Origin: Alphaproteobacteria bacterium
GTDB taxonomy: Bacteria > Pseudomonadota > Alphaproteobacteria > UBA828
NCBI GenBank assembly: GCA_963422645.2
Contig: CAXXVO010000004.1
Coordinates: 160,001 to 224,000 of the forward strand
Direction: 5' to 3'
DNA length: 64,000 nt
In this document: positions 9,626 through 20,084 of the stretch, in pieces
Position numbering within the stretch: position 1 is the first letter of the stretch
How the letters are laid out: each line of letters opens with the position of its first letter
Notes under the pieces: generated by a model
The model's database searches: none
Told to the model about the DNA's origin: nothing
Seen by the model: only the letters and a program-made list of their open reading frames with translations
Translations under genes and position numbers: made by a program

Positions 9626-9822
9626 ATAACGAGGCGGAGCGTGACATCCGTATGAACAAAGTGCATGAGAAGATCTCAGGCGGCTTCCGCTCCCCGCAAG
9701 GCGCCTGCAACTTCGCCGGAATGCGCAGCGTCATCGTCACCGCTCGAAAGCAAGGCTGGAACATCCTGCAAATCCTGGCGCACCCGGAACCGATGCAGCT
9801 GATCCCTATACTGCGCTCCTGA
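9619..9822 (+). pseudogene. IS66-B transposase, 3' part
   Basis: FTNNEAERDIRMNKVHEKISGGFRS...TARKQGWNIL, diverged from the IS66-A C-terminus. Confidence 0.9.
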
Positions 9823-10056
9823 ACTTCTCCGGCTCATCCTGAGTATCGCTGTCCTCTCATCTTGTTCGCGACGCGGCGTTCATCATCCTCTCGCGCTCAA
9901 GAGAGTAGGCACCCCCGCGGCGTGGGGGCGTTGACGCAAAAGGAACTGGCTTGTTCCATAAGAGAGAGGGGGTACCTGGGCAGTTACGACAAATCAGACG
10001 ACCTGGGCAGTTACGAAACGATAAAGCGGCCTTCGGGGGCCGGGGAGTGACGACCC

Positions 10057-10410
10057 ATCGGGCGGTTGACGACACATGTGCTTGACTTGACGTTGGGCAC
10101 GCCGGCGCGGGGATTGAAGCTGGAGCTTTGGCGCCTGGACGGCGCGGCGGCGGAGCGACTCAAGACGGTCGTGACGAACGACGATGGCCGGATTGAGGGC
10201 GCCCTGCTGGACGGGGAGGCCTTTGCCGCCGGGACCTACGAGCTGCGCTTCATGGCAGGCGACTATCGAAGGCGCGCGGGCGGGCCGCTTGCCGAACCGC
10301 CCTTCCTCGATGTCGTGCCGGTGCGCTTTGGTGTCGCAGATCCGCAAGGCCACTACCACGTCCCGCTGCTACTTTCCGCGTATGGCTACTCCACCTATCG
10401 CGGCAGCTGA
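10057..10410 (+). CDS. uraH: 5-hydroxyisourate hydrolase
   Basis: GRLTTHVLD, HYHVPLLLS, C-terminal YRGS signature; start ambiguous (ATC 10057 or TTG 10066). Confidence 0.95.
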   Translation: MGRLTTHVLDLTLGTPARGLKLELWRLDGAAAERLKTVVTNDDGRIEGALLDGEAFAAGTYELRFMAGDYRRRAGGPLAEPPFLDVVPVRFGVADPQGHYHVPLLLSAYGYSTYRGS

Positions 10411-10413
10411 GGC

Positions 10414-11901
10414 ATGACGCGCTCGTCGGTCCGGTTTCTCCACTGCGGCGAGGTCGTCGCTCTGACAGACGTCGGCGCGAACGAGACCCTCCTCGACTAC
10501 CTTCGGCTGCGCCGCTATGCCTGCGGCACCAAGGAGGGCTGCGCCGAGGGCGACTGCGGCGCCTGCACCGTGGCGCTCGGCACCCTGAAGGACGGCAGGC
10601 TGGAGTACGCGCCGGTCAACGCCTGCATCTGCCTTCTCGGCATGATCGACGGCAAGGAGCTGGTCGTGGTGGAAGACCTGGCCGGCTCGGGCGGCTCGCT
10701 GCATCCGGTGCAGGACGCGCTGCTCAGACATCACGGCAGCCAATGCGGCTTCTGTACGCCGGGCATCGTGATGAGCCTCTTCACGCTCTACCACGATGGC
10801 GGGCGCTGCGACCGGCAGGCGGTGAACGACGCGCTCGCCGGCAATCTCTGCCGCTGCACCGGCTACCGGCCGATCGTCGATGCCGCGCTGGAGGCGTGCG
10901 CCGGGACGCCCCGCGACGCATTCGCCGAGCGCCACGCAGCGACCGTCGAATGCCTGGCGGCGCTCGACGATGGCGAGGACCTCTTCGTCGGCGATGAGGC
11001 GACGGGCTTCCTTGCGGCGCCGGCCACGGTCGATGCCCTGGCCAGCCTCTACGCGCGCCACCCGGACGCGACGCTGGTCGCGGGCGCCACGGATGTCGGG
11101 TTGTGGATCACCAAGCAGATGCGGGCGCTGCCGAAGATCATTCACCTGGGAAGGGTGGCCGGTCTGGCGGAGATCCGCGAGACCGAGCAGGGTTTCCATT
11201 TCGGCGCCGGCGTCACCCATGCGCAGGCCGAGGCCGCCATGGCGGCGATCGATCCCGATCTCCTCGAGTTGTTTCGCCGCTTCGGCGGTAAGCAGGTCCG
11301 CGCGGTGGGGACACTTGGCGGCAACATCGCCAACGGCTCCCCGATCGGCGATTCGATGCCCGCCCTGATCGCGCTCGGCACGACGCTGCACCTGCGTCGG
11401 GGCGAGGCGACGCGGTCGATGCCGCTCGAGGACTTCTTTATCGACTACGGCAAGCAGGACCGGGCGGCGGGCGAGTTCGTGACCGGGATCGACGTGCCAC
11501 GCCTCGGCTCAGGCGAGGTCTTCCGCTGCTACAAGATCTCCAAGCGTTTCGATCAGGACATCTCCGCCCTGCTGGGCGCCTTCAGGTTCACCGTGGAGGG
11601 GCGCTGCGTCACCCACGCGCGTGCCGCCTTCGGCGGCATGGCCGCCACGCCCAAGCGGGCCGCCGCTACGGAAGCCGCCCTCAAGGGGCTCTGGCTTGAC
11701 GACCCGCATGAGCGGGACGGCGCCTGCGAGGCTCTGGCGACGGATTTCCAGCCCATCGACGACATGCGGGCCAGCGCGCGCTACCGGCTGGAGACGGCGC
11801 AGGCGTTGCTGCGCAAGGCCCTGCACGAGGCAGGCGGCGAGGCGAGCGCCGCGACCCGGCTCGTGGGCCTGCGGCCGGGGGAGGCGGAGCGTGCCGCCTG
11901 A
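10414..11901 (+). CDS. xdhA: Xanthine dehydrogenase small (2Fe-2S/FAD) subunit
   Basis: GTKEGCAEGDCGACTV, GSQCGFCTPG, LAGNLCRCTGYRPI, YKISKRFDQDIS. Confidence 0.96.
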   Translation: MTRSSVRFLHCGEVVALTDVGANETLLDYLRLRRYACGTKEGCAEGDCGACTVALGTLKDGRLEYAPVNACICLLGMIDGKELVVVEDLAGSGGSLHPVQDALLRHHGSQCGFCTPGIVMSLFTLYHDGGRCDRQAVNDALAGNLCRCTGYRPIVDAALEACAGTPRDAFAERHAATVECLAALDDGEDLFVGDEATGFLAAPATVDALASLYARHPDATLVAGATDVGLWITKQMRALPKIIHLGRVAGLAEIRETEQGFHFGAGVTHAQAEAAMAAIDPDLLELFRRFGGKQVRAVGTLGGNIANGSPIGDSMPALIALGTTLHLRRGEATRSMPLEDFFIDYGKQDRAAGEFVTGIDVPRLGSGEVFRCYKISKRFDQDISALLGAFRFTVEGRCVTHARAAFGGMAATPKRAAATEAALKGLWLDDPHERDGACEALATDFQPIDDMRASARYRLETAQALLRKALHEAGGEASAATRLVGLRPGEAERAA

Positions 11902-14224
11902 CCTTCTTCAAGCGGAGCAGCCCACGCGCGTTGACGACGACGGCGCGGTCGGCCGCGCGCTCGCCCATGACAGCGCCCTCGGGCACGTCCAGGGTACGGC
12001 GCGCTACATCGACGACCTTCCCGAAACGGCGGCGCTGGTGCATGTCGCGCCCGGATACGCCGCGCATGCCGCGCGCGGACGGATCGCCGCGCTCGACCTC
12101 GATGCGGTGCGGGCCGCGCCCGGCGTCGTGGCGGTTCTGACCGCCGCCGACATTCCGGGAAAGAACGACTGCAGCCCGGTCTTCGGCGACGACCCGATCC
12201 TCGCCGACGGCCGCATCGCGTTTCACGGCCAGGTGGTCTTCGCGGTGGCGGCGCTGAGCCGGGACGAGGCCCGCCGCGCCTGCCGCCAGGCCCGCATCAC
12301 GGTGGAGGAGGAGGAGCCTCGCGTCTCGGTCGAGGCAGGCCTCGACTCGGGCGAGATGGTGCTGCCCGACTACCAGTTCCTGCGCGGCGAGCCGGGCGCG
12401 GACTTGAAGCGGGCCCGGCATACCGCGTCGGGCTCCCTCCACGTCGGCGGTCAGGAGCATTTCTATCTTGAAGGGCAGGTCGCCCTGGCGCTCCCCGGCG
12501 AGGGCGGTTCGATGCACGTCCATTCGTCAACGCAGCATCCCTCCGAAATCCAGCACCTCGTAGCGGCCATGCTGGGGAAACCGGACGCGGACGTGGTGTG
12601 CGAATGCCGGCGCATGGGCGGCGCCTTCGGTGGCAAGGAGAGCCAGGCGGCGCAGTGGGCCTGCCTTGCCGCGCTCGCGGCGAGCGTGACCGGTGCGGCG
12701 GCCAAGATCCGCCTCGACCGCGACGACGACATCATCATGACCGGCAAGCGGCACGACTTCCGGGTCGACTACAGCTACGGCTGCGACGAGCGGGGGAGGC
12801 TGCTGGCGGTCGACGCCGCGCTCAGCGCACGCTGCGGCTACTCGGCCGATCTCTCCATGGCCGTCTGCGACCGGGCCATGTTCCATGCCGACAACGCCTA
12901 CTACTATCCGAGCGCGCGGATCCTTTCGCGGCGGGTCAAGACCGACACGGTCTCGAACACGGCGTTCAGGGGCTTCGGCGGCCCACAGGGCATGATGCTC
13001 GCCGAACAGATGATGGACGACATCGCCTGCCGGCTCGGCCTGGACCCGCTGGATGTGCGAAAGCGCAATCTCTACGGCCGCGGGCGGGACGTCACGCCCT
13101 ACGGCATGAAGGTCGGCGAGAACACCCTTTCCCGACTGGTGCGCGCGCTGGAGAAGACCTGCGACTACCGCGAGCGGCGCCAGGACATCGCGGCCTTCAA
13201 CGAGAGCAACCGCTTTCTCAAGAAGGGGATGTCACTCACGCCGGTCAAGTTCGGGATCGCCTTCACGCTGAAGCACCTCAACCAGGCGGGTGCGCTGGTG
13301 CACGTCTATACCGATGGCTCCGTGCTGGTGAACCACGGCGGCACCGAGATGGGGCAGGGGCTCCACACCAAGGTCGCGCAGGTCGTGGCGGAGGAGTTCG
13401 GCATCGGCTTCGACAAGGTGAGGATCACCGCGACGAAGACCGACATGGTGCCCAACACCACGCCGACCGCCGCGTCGTCCGGCTCCGATCTGAACGGCAT
13501 GGCGGCGAAGCGGGCGGCCGCCACGATCAAGGACCGCATGGCGGCCCTGGCCGGCCGGCTCTATCAGGTGCCCAAGGCGGAGGTCCGCTTCGCCGGCGGC
13601 ACGGTCACGGTCGGCAAGCGGGACATCCCCTTCGCCGAGCTGGCGAAGACCTGCTTCCTCGAACGGGTCTCGCTGTCTTCGACCGGCTACTTCGCGACAC
13701 CGAAGATCACCTGGGACCGTGCGTCGGCGAGCGGGCGGCCCTTCCTCTACTTCGCCTATGGCGCCGCCTGCTCGGAGGTGACGATCGATACGCTCACCGG
13801 CGAGATGCGGGTGGATCGGGTGGACCTGCTGCACGACGTCGGCAACTCGCTCAATCCCGCCATCGACATCGGCCAGATCGAAGGCGGCTTCGTGCAGGGC
13901 ATGGGTTGGCTCACCACCGAGGAGCTGGTGTTCGATGCCAAGGGCCGGCTCACGACCCACGCGCCCTCCACCTACAAGATACCGGTCGCGAGCGATGTGC
14001 CGGAGGACTTCAGGGTTGCGCTCTGGGAATCCAAGGGCAACAGGGAGGCGACCATCTATCGCTCGAAGGCGGTGGGCGAGCCGCCGCTCATGCTGGCGAT
14101 CTCGGTGTTCTCGGCGATCTCCAACGCCATCGCGAGCCTCAGACCCGGGCGGGTGCCGGCGCTCGATGCGCCGGCGACACCGGAAGCGATCATGCGCGCG
14201 ATCCGCTCCATGCAGGATGCGTGA
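11891..14224 (+). CDS. xdhB: Xanthine dehydrogenase molybdopterin-binding subunit
   Basis: GQEHFYLEGQ, RRMGGAFGGKESQ, TAFRGFGGPQG, SKAVGEPP; GTG start overlaps xdhA. Confidence 0.96.
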   Translation: MPPDLLQAEQPTRVDDDGAVGRALAHDSALGHVQGTARYIDDLPETAALVHVAPGYAAHAARGRIAALDLDAVRAAPGVVAVLTAADIPGKNDCSPVFGDDPILADGRIAFHGQVVFAVAALSRDEARRACRQARITVEEEEPRVSVEAGLDSGEMVLPDYQFLRGEPGADLKRARHTASGSLHVGGQEHFYLEGQVALALPGEGGSMHVHSSTQHPSEIQHLVAAMLGKPDADVVCECRRMGGAFGGKESQAAQWACLAALAASVTGAAAKIRLDRDDDIIMTGKRHDFRVDYSYGCDERGRLLAVDAALSARCGYSADLSMAVCDRAMFHADNAYYYPSARILSRRVKTDTVSNTAFRGFGGPQGMMLAEQMMDDIACRLGLDPLDVRKRNLYGRGRDVTPYGMKVGENTLSRLVRALEKTCDYRERRQDIAAFNESNRFLKKGMSLTPVKFGIAFTLKHLNQAGALVHVYTDGSVLVNHGGTEMGQGLHTKVAQVVAEEFGIGFDKVRITATKTDMVPNTTPTAASSGSDLNGMAAKRAAATIKDRMAALAGRLYQVPKAEVRFAGGTVTVGKRDIPFAELAKTCFLERVSLSSTGYFATPKITWDRASASGRPFLYFAYGAACSEVTIDTLTGEMRVDRVDLLHDVGNSLNPAIDIGQIEGGFVQGMGWLTTEELVFDAKGRLTTHAPSTYKIPVASDVPEDFRVALWESKGNREATIYRSKAVGEPPLMLAISVFSAISNAIASLRPGRVPALDAPATPEAIMRAIRSMQDA

Positions 14225-14233
14225 GGCGAGGCG

Positions 14234-15220
14234 ATGAAGACCTGGGCGACTATCGGCCGGGCGCTCCGCGATGAGCAGAGCTGCGCCATGGTCAGCATTG
14301 TCGATGCCAGGGGCTCGGCGCCCCGCGAACCAGGTGCGCGCATGGTCGTGCTGGCGGACGGCTCGTTCGCCGGCACCATCGGCGGCGGCACGCTGGAGTG
14401 GCAGGCGATCGAGCGCGCCCGCGCCGCGTTGGCGAAGGGTGCAGCAGACGGGGAAGCTCCTCCGGTGGGCCTCTCACGAATGGCGCTCGGCCCCGATCTC
14501 GGCCAGTGTTGCGGCGGCTCGGTGCGCATCCTGTTGGAAGTGTTCGCGCCCGGACGAGCCGTCGAGGTGCAGGCGCTCGCCGAGGCTGAATGCGCGGGGC
14601 TCTTCGCCACCGAGGGCCGCATCGCCGAGCGCTGCGTGGAGCGGACCATTCTGGATCGCGATTTGCCCGGCGGCGAAGACAGCCTGCTCGCGGCCGACGG
14701 ACGCCTGCTGGAGCGCTTCGGCACGCGGAAGCAGGTTCTGGCGCTCATCGGCGCCGGCCATGTCGGACGCGCCATGATCATCGCACTCGCGCCGCTCGAC
14801 TTCAGCGTGGTGTGGATCGATCCACGCAAGGACGAGTTTCCTGCCATCGTGCCGGGCGACGTGCGTGTCGTGGTGGCGGCGGAACCGGCGGCCGAGCTGG
14901 CCGCGGTGCCCGATGGCGCTTTCGTGCTGGTGATGTCCCACAGCCACGCGCTCGACTTCGACGTCGTCCTCGCCGCACTCAGGACGAGGCGGTTCGGCTA
15001 TGTCGGCCTGATCGGCTCGGCGTCGAAGAAGGCCCGTTTCATCAGCCGTATGCGGCAAGCGGGCCTGGCGGACGACGATATCGAACGGCTGGTCTGTCCC
15101 ATCGGAATCGACGGCATCGAGTCGAAGCAGCCGGCGGTCATCGCCGCGTCGGTGGTCGCGGACCTGCTGCGCCGCAGGGACGCGATGGTCGAGACGCACG
15201 GCGCGGAGGCCTCGTCCTAA
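14234..15220 (+). CDS. xdhC: Xanthine dehydrogenase accessory protein
   Basis: GSAPREPGARM, GTIGGGTLE, LGPDLGQCCGG, GAGHVG, CPIG. Confidence 0.94.
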   Translation: MKTWATIGRALRDEQSCAMVSIVDARGSAPREPGARMVVLADGSFAGTIGGGTLEWQAIERARAALAKGAADGEAPPVGLSRMALGPDLGQCCGGSVRILLEVFAPGRAVEVQALAEAECAGLFATEGRIAERCVERTILDRDLPGGEDSLLAADGRLLERFGTRKQVLALIGAGHVGRAMIIALAPLDFSVVWIDPRKDEFPAIVPGDVRVVVAAEPAAELAAVPDGAFVLVMSHSHALDFDVVLAALRTRRFGYVGLIGSASKKARFISRMRQAGLADDDIERLVCPIGIDGIESKQPAVIAASVVADLLRRRDAMVETHGAEASS

Positions 15221-15252
15221 GGACCCGCGGGTCCGGGACGAGCACCAGCGCC

Positions 15253-16823
<1,571 letters not shown>

Positions 16824-16827
<4 letters not shown>

Positions 16828-17882
16828 TCCTCAGGTTGGAAAGGCGCAGCCAGCGCTCGACGCTGATGGCGTTCTTGTCGCCGGTGCTGGCGATCGGAAT
16901 CACGCTCGCACTCGGCGCCATCATGTTCATGGCCTTGGGCTTCGATCCCGGCGAAGCGCTCTACATCTACTTTATCGATCCGCTGACCAGCGCCTGGTCC
17001 ATCGAGGAGGTGGTCGTCAAGGCCGCGCCGCTCATCCTGATCGGCGTCGGCCTCGCCGTCTGCTACACCGCCAATGTCTGGAACATCGGTGCGGAGGGCC
17101 AGCTTACGTTCGGCGCCCTCCTCGGCGCCTCCATCCCGATCTATTTCCCCGAGTGGCAGTCGCCGCTGGTCCTGATCCTCATGCTGGTTCTCGGCATCGC
17201 GGGCGGGGCGCTCTTCGCCGCGATCCCGGCGTTCCTGAAGAACCGTTTCTCCGCCAACGAGATCCTGACCAGCCTGATGCTCGTCTACGTTGCCCAGCTG
17301 CTGCTCGACTGGCTGGTGCGCGGGCCCTGGCGCGACCCCGACGGCTACAACTTCCCTCAGTCCATATTGTTCGAGGGCTGGCAGGTCATACCGCCTCTGG
17401 GCGAGGGACGGGTGCATATCGGCGCCATCTTCGCCATCGTCGCCGTCATCGTCGTCGCGTTCATGATGGGACGGACGCTGCGCGGCTTCGAGATCCGCGT
17501 CGTCGGCACCTCGCCGCGCGCCGGCTCATTCGCCGGCTTCAAAGGGAAGCGGGTGGTCCTGTTCTGCTTCATGCTGTCAGGCGCCCTCGCCGGGCTGGCC
17601 GGCATCTGCGAAGTCGCGGGCCCGAGCGGGCAACTGCAGCCGAACGTCTCCCCCGGCTACGGTTTCACCGCGATCATCGTCGCCTTCCTCGGTCGCCTGA
17701 ACCCGATCGGCGTGTTCTTCGCGGGCGTCCTGCTCGCGATCAGCTACATGGGCGGAGAAGGGGTGCAAGTGATACTCGGTATCTCCGACAAGACGACCCA
17801 GGTGTTCCAGGGCATGCTGCTCTTCCTCATCCTGGCCTGCGACACGCTGATCCGTTACCGCATCAGGCTCGTTAGGGCCTAG
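16824..17882 (+). CDS. Nucleoside/purine ABC transporter permease
   Basis: Polytopic hydrophobic protein; WNIGAEGQ, NEILTSLML, GYGFTAIIVAFLGRL. Confidence 0.92.
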
Positions 17883-17913
17883 AAGATGACGGCGGAGGTC
17901 TAGGAAGCGGTCG

Positions 17914-18834
17914 ATGGAAGCCCTTGAAGCCGTCATTCTGACGATCATCACGGCGTCCACGCCATTACTGCTGGCGGCGACCGGAGAGCTCGTCACGGAG
18001 CGCTCGGGCGTCCTCAACCTGGGCGTCGAGGGCATGATGATCATGGGCGCGGTCTGCAGCTTCGCCGCCGCCTTTACGACCGGCTCGGCGCTGCTCGGCA
18101 TTCTGGTCGGGCTCTACGCGGGCGTCGCAACCTCGATGCTCTTCGCCTTCCTGACCCAGACCTTGATGACCTCGCAGGTTGCGACCGGGCTGTCGCTCAC
18201 TTTGCTGGGCCTGGGGTTGTCCGGCCTGATCGGCGAGGGATTCACGGGGCTGCCCGGGGAGAAGCTCGAATCGATCCACATCCCCTTGCTCACCGACATC
18301 CCCTTCATCGGACCGATCCTCTTCGGCCAGGACATCCTGGTCTACGCCTCGCTCGCGCTGATCGCGGCCGTCAGTTACGTGCTCTTTCGCACCCGGATCG
18401 GCCTGGTCATCAACGCGGTGGGCAACAATCACCATTCCGCCCATGCCTTGGGCTACAGCGTGATCGGGGTGCGCTACGCCTGCATCGCCTTCGGCGGCGC
18501 CTGCTCGGGCCTCGCCGGCACGTACCTGGCACTTGCCTACACCACGCAGTGGATCGAGAGCATGAGCGCGGGCCGCGGCTGGATCGCACTCGCGCTGGTC
18601 GTCTTTTCCACCTGGCTGCCCGGGCGCCTGCTGATCGGGGCCTATCTCTTCGGCACGGTCTGGATCATGGGCCTCTACGTCCAGGGTCTGGGCGTCGGAA
18701 TCCCGTCGCAGCTATTGTCGTCCCTGCCCTACCTCGTCACGATAGTGGTGTTGGTGATCATCTCAGGGAACAGGTCATTGATCAGGGTGAACACGCCCGC
18801 AATGATCGGGCAACCGTTTGCGCCCGAGAGGTAG
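17914..18834 (+). CDS. Nucleoside/purine ABC transporter permease
   Basis: ERSGVLNLGVEGMM, GRGWIALALV, LPYLVT. Confidence 0.92.
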   Translation: MEALEAVILTIITASTPLLLAATGELVTERSGVLNLGVEGMMIMGAVCSFAAAFTTGSALLGILVGLYAGVATSMLFAFLTQTLMTSQVATGLSLTLLGLGLSGLIGEGFTGLPGEKLESIHIPLLTDIPFIGPILFGQDILVYASLALIAAVSYVLFRTRIGLVINAVGNNHHSAHALGYSVIGVRYACIAFGGACSGLAGTYLALAYTTQWIESMSAGRGWIALALVVFSTWLPGRLLIGAYLFGTVWIMGLYVQGLGVGIPSQLLSSLPYLVTIVVLVIISGNRSLIRVNTPAMIGQPFAPER

Positions 18835-18927
18835 AGGGGGGAGTGACGCCGCCGGTGCGCTACGATGTGCGTTGGCGGATTGAAGCGTTTGACTGTCTGG
18901 ACCCTTGCTGACGTGAAAGGAGACATC

Positions 18928-19998
18928 ATGAAGAAGCTCATAGGAATGGTCGCGCTCGCGCTGGCGATGACGTTCGCCGCGGGTGCCGCGTCCGCTGCCG
19001 ACAAGCTGAAGGTCGGCTTCATCTATATCGGACCCATCGGCGATCACGGCTGGACCTACGCCCATGACCAGGGCCGCCTCGCGGTCGAGGGGGCACTGGG
19101 TGACCAGGTCGAGACCGTGTACGTCGAGAACATCCCGGAGGGGCCGGATGCCGAACGCGCCATCGAGCGACTGGCGCGCCAGGATGTCGGGCTGATCTTC
19201 ACCACGTCCTTCGGCTACATGGACCCGACGATCAAGGTCGCCACGCGTTTTCCCGACGTGAAGTTCGAGCACGCGACCGGTTACAAGCAGTCCGAGAATG
19301 TCGCGACCTACAACGCGCGCTTCCATGAAGGCCGGTACGTCATCGGCCAGATAGCCGCGAAGACGTCGAAGTCGGGGATTGCAGGCTACATCGCGTCCTT
19401 CCCCATTCCCGAGGTCGTGATGGGCATCAACGCCTTCATGCTCGGCGCGCAGTCCATAAACCCGGACTTCAAGGTCAAGGTCGTCTGGGTCAACACGTGG
19501 TTCGATCCGGGCAAGGAAGCCGACGCCGCGAAGGTGCTGATCGGCCAGGGCGCCGACATCATCACGCAGCACACCGATTCGACGGCGCCCCTGCAGGTCG
19601 CCGAGGAAGAAGGCGTGCATGGCTTCGGTCAGGCCTCCGACATGATCCACTTCGCCCCCAAGGCGCAGCTGACGGCGATCATCGACGAGTGGGGCCCCTA
19701 CTACATCGAGCGCGCCCAGGCTGTGCTCGACGGGACCTGGGAGTCGGGAGACTCGTGGTCCGGGATGTCGGCGGGCACGGTCGTGATGGCGCCCTACACC
19801 AACATGCCGGATGACGTGGCCGCGATGGCGATGGAAACGGAAGCCATGATCACTTCCGGGGAGCTCAATCCCTTCGCCGGTCCGATCTACAAGCAGGACG
19901 GCATGCTGGCCGTGGCCGAAGGCGAGATCATGGACGACGGGACGCTCGCGGGCATCAACTGGTATGTCCAGGGCGTCGACGACACCTTGCCTGAATAA
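18928..19998 (+). CDS. BMP-family ABC substrate-binding protein
   Basis: Signal peptide; KVGFIYIGPIGDHGWTYAHDQGR, TTSFGYM, WFDPGKE; RBS AAAGGAG. Confidence 0.93.
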   Translation: MKKLIGMVALALAMTFAAGAASAADKLKVGFIYIGPIGDHGWTYAHDQGRLAVEGALGDQVETVYVENIPEGPDAERAIERLARQDVGLIFTTSFGYMDPTIKVATRFPDVKFEHATGYKQSENVATYNARFHEGRYVIGQIAAKTSKSGIAGYIASFPIPEVVMGINAFMLGAQSINPDFKVKVVWVNTWFDPGKEADAAKVLIGQGADIITQHTDSTAPLQVAEEEGVHGFGQASDMIHFAPKAQLTAIIDEWGPYYIERAQAVLDGTWESGDSWSGMSAGTVVMAPYTNMPDDVAAMAMETEAMITSGELNPFAGPIYKQDGMLAVAEGEIMDDGTLAGINWYVQGVDDTLPE

Positions 19999-20014
19999 GC
20001 CATTGCCAATACCG

Positions 20015-20058
20015 GCCGGCGCACCGGGCCTGCAACGCAGCAGGAACGGTGCGCCGGC
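20015..20058. terminator. Intergenic hairpin (stabiliser or terminator) after the BMP gene
   Basis: Perfect 12-bp stem GCCGGCGCACCG/CGGTGCGCCGGC, no U-tract. Confidence 0.5.
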
Positions 20059-20084
20059 TGACTTGAAGGCGAGGAGACACGCGC

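Larger units (their letters stand above)
4953..9987 (+). mobile_element. IS66-B: IS66-family element with DNA methyltransferase passenger gene; transposase interrupted
   Basis: IRs GTAACTACCCAGGTACCCC / GGGGTACCTGGGCAGTTAC (18/19 match); 8-bp TSD GACAAATC at 4945-4952 and 9988-9995. Confidence 0.93.
1085..10014 (-). mobile_element. IS66-A copy 1 (IS66 family, single ORF), hosting nested IS1634, IS66-B and an unclassified IS
   Basis: 14-bp IRs GTAACTGCCCAGGT at 1085 and ACCTGGGCAGTTAC ending 10014; removing nested elements and their duplications leaves 1879 bp (1888-bp copy 4 minus 9 bp); flanking 8-mers GGCTTGTA and GAAACGAT do not match. Confidence 0.92.
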
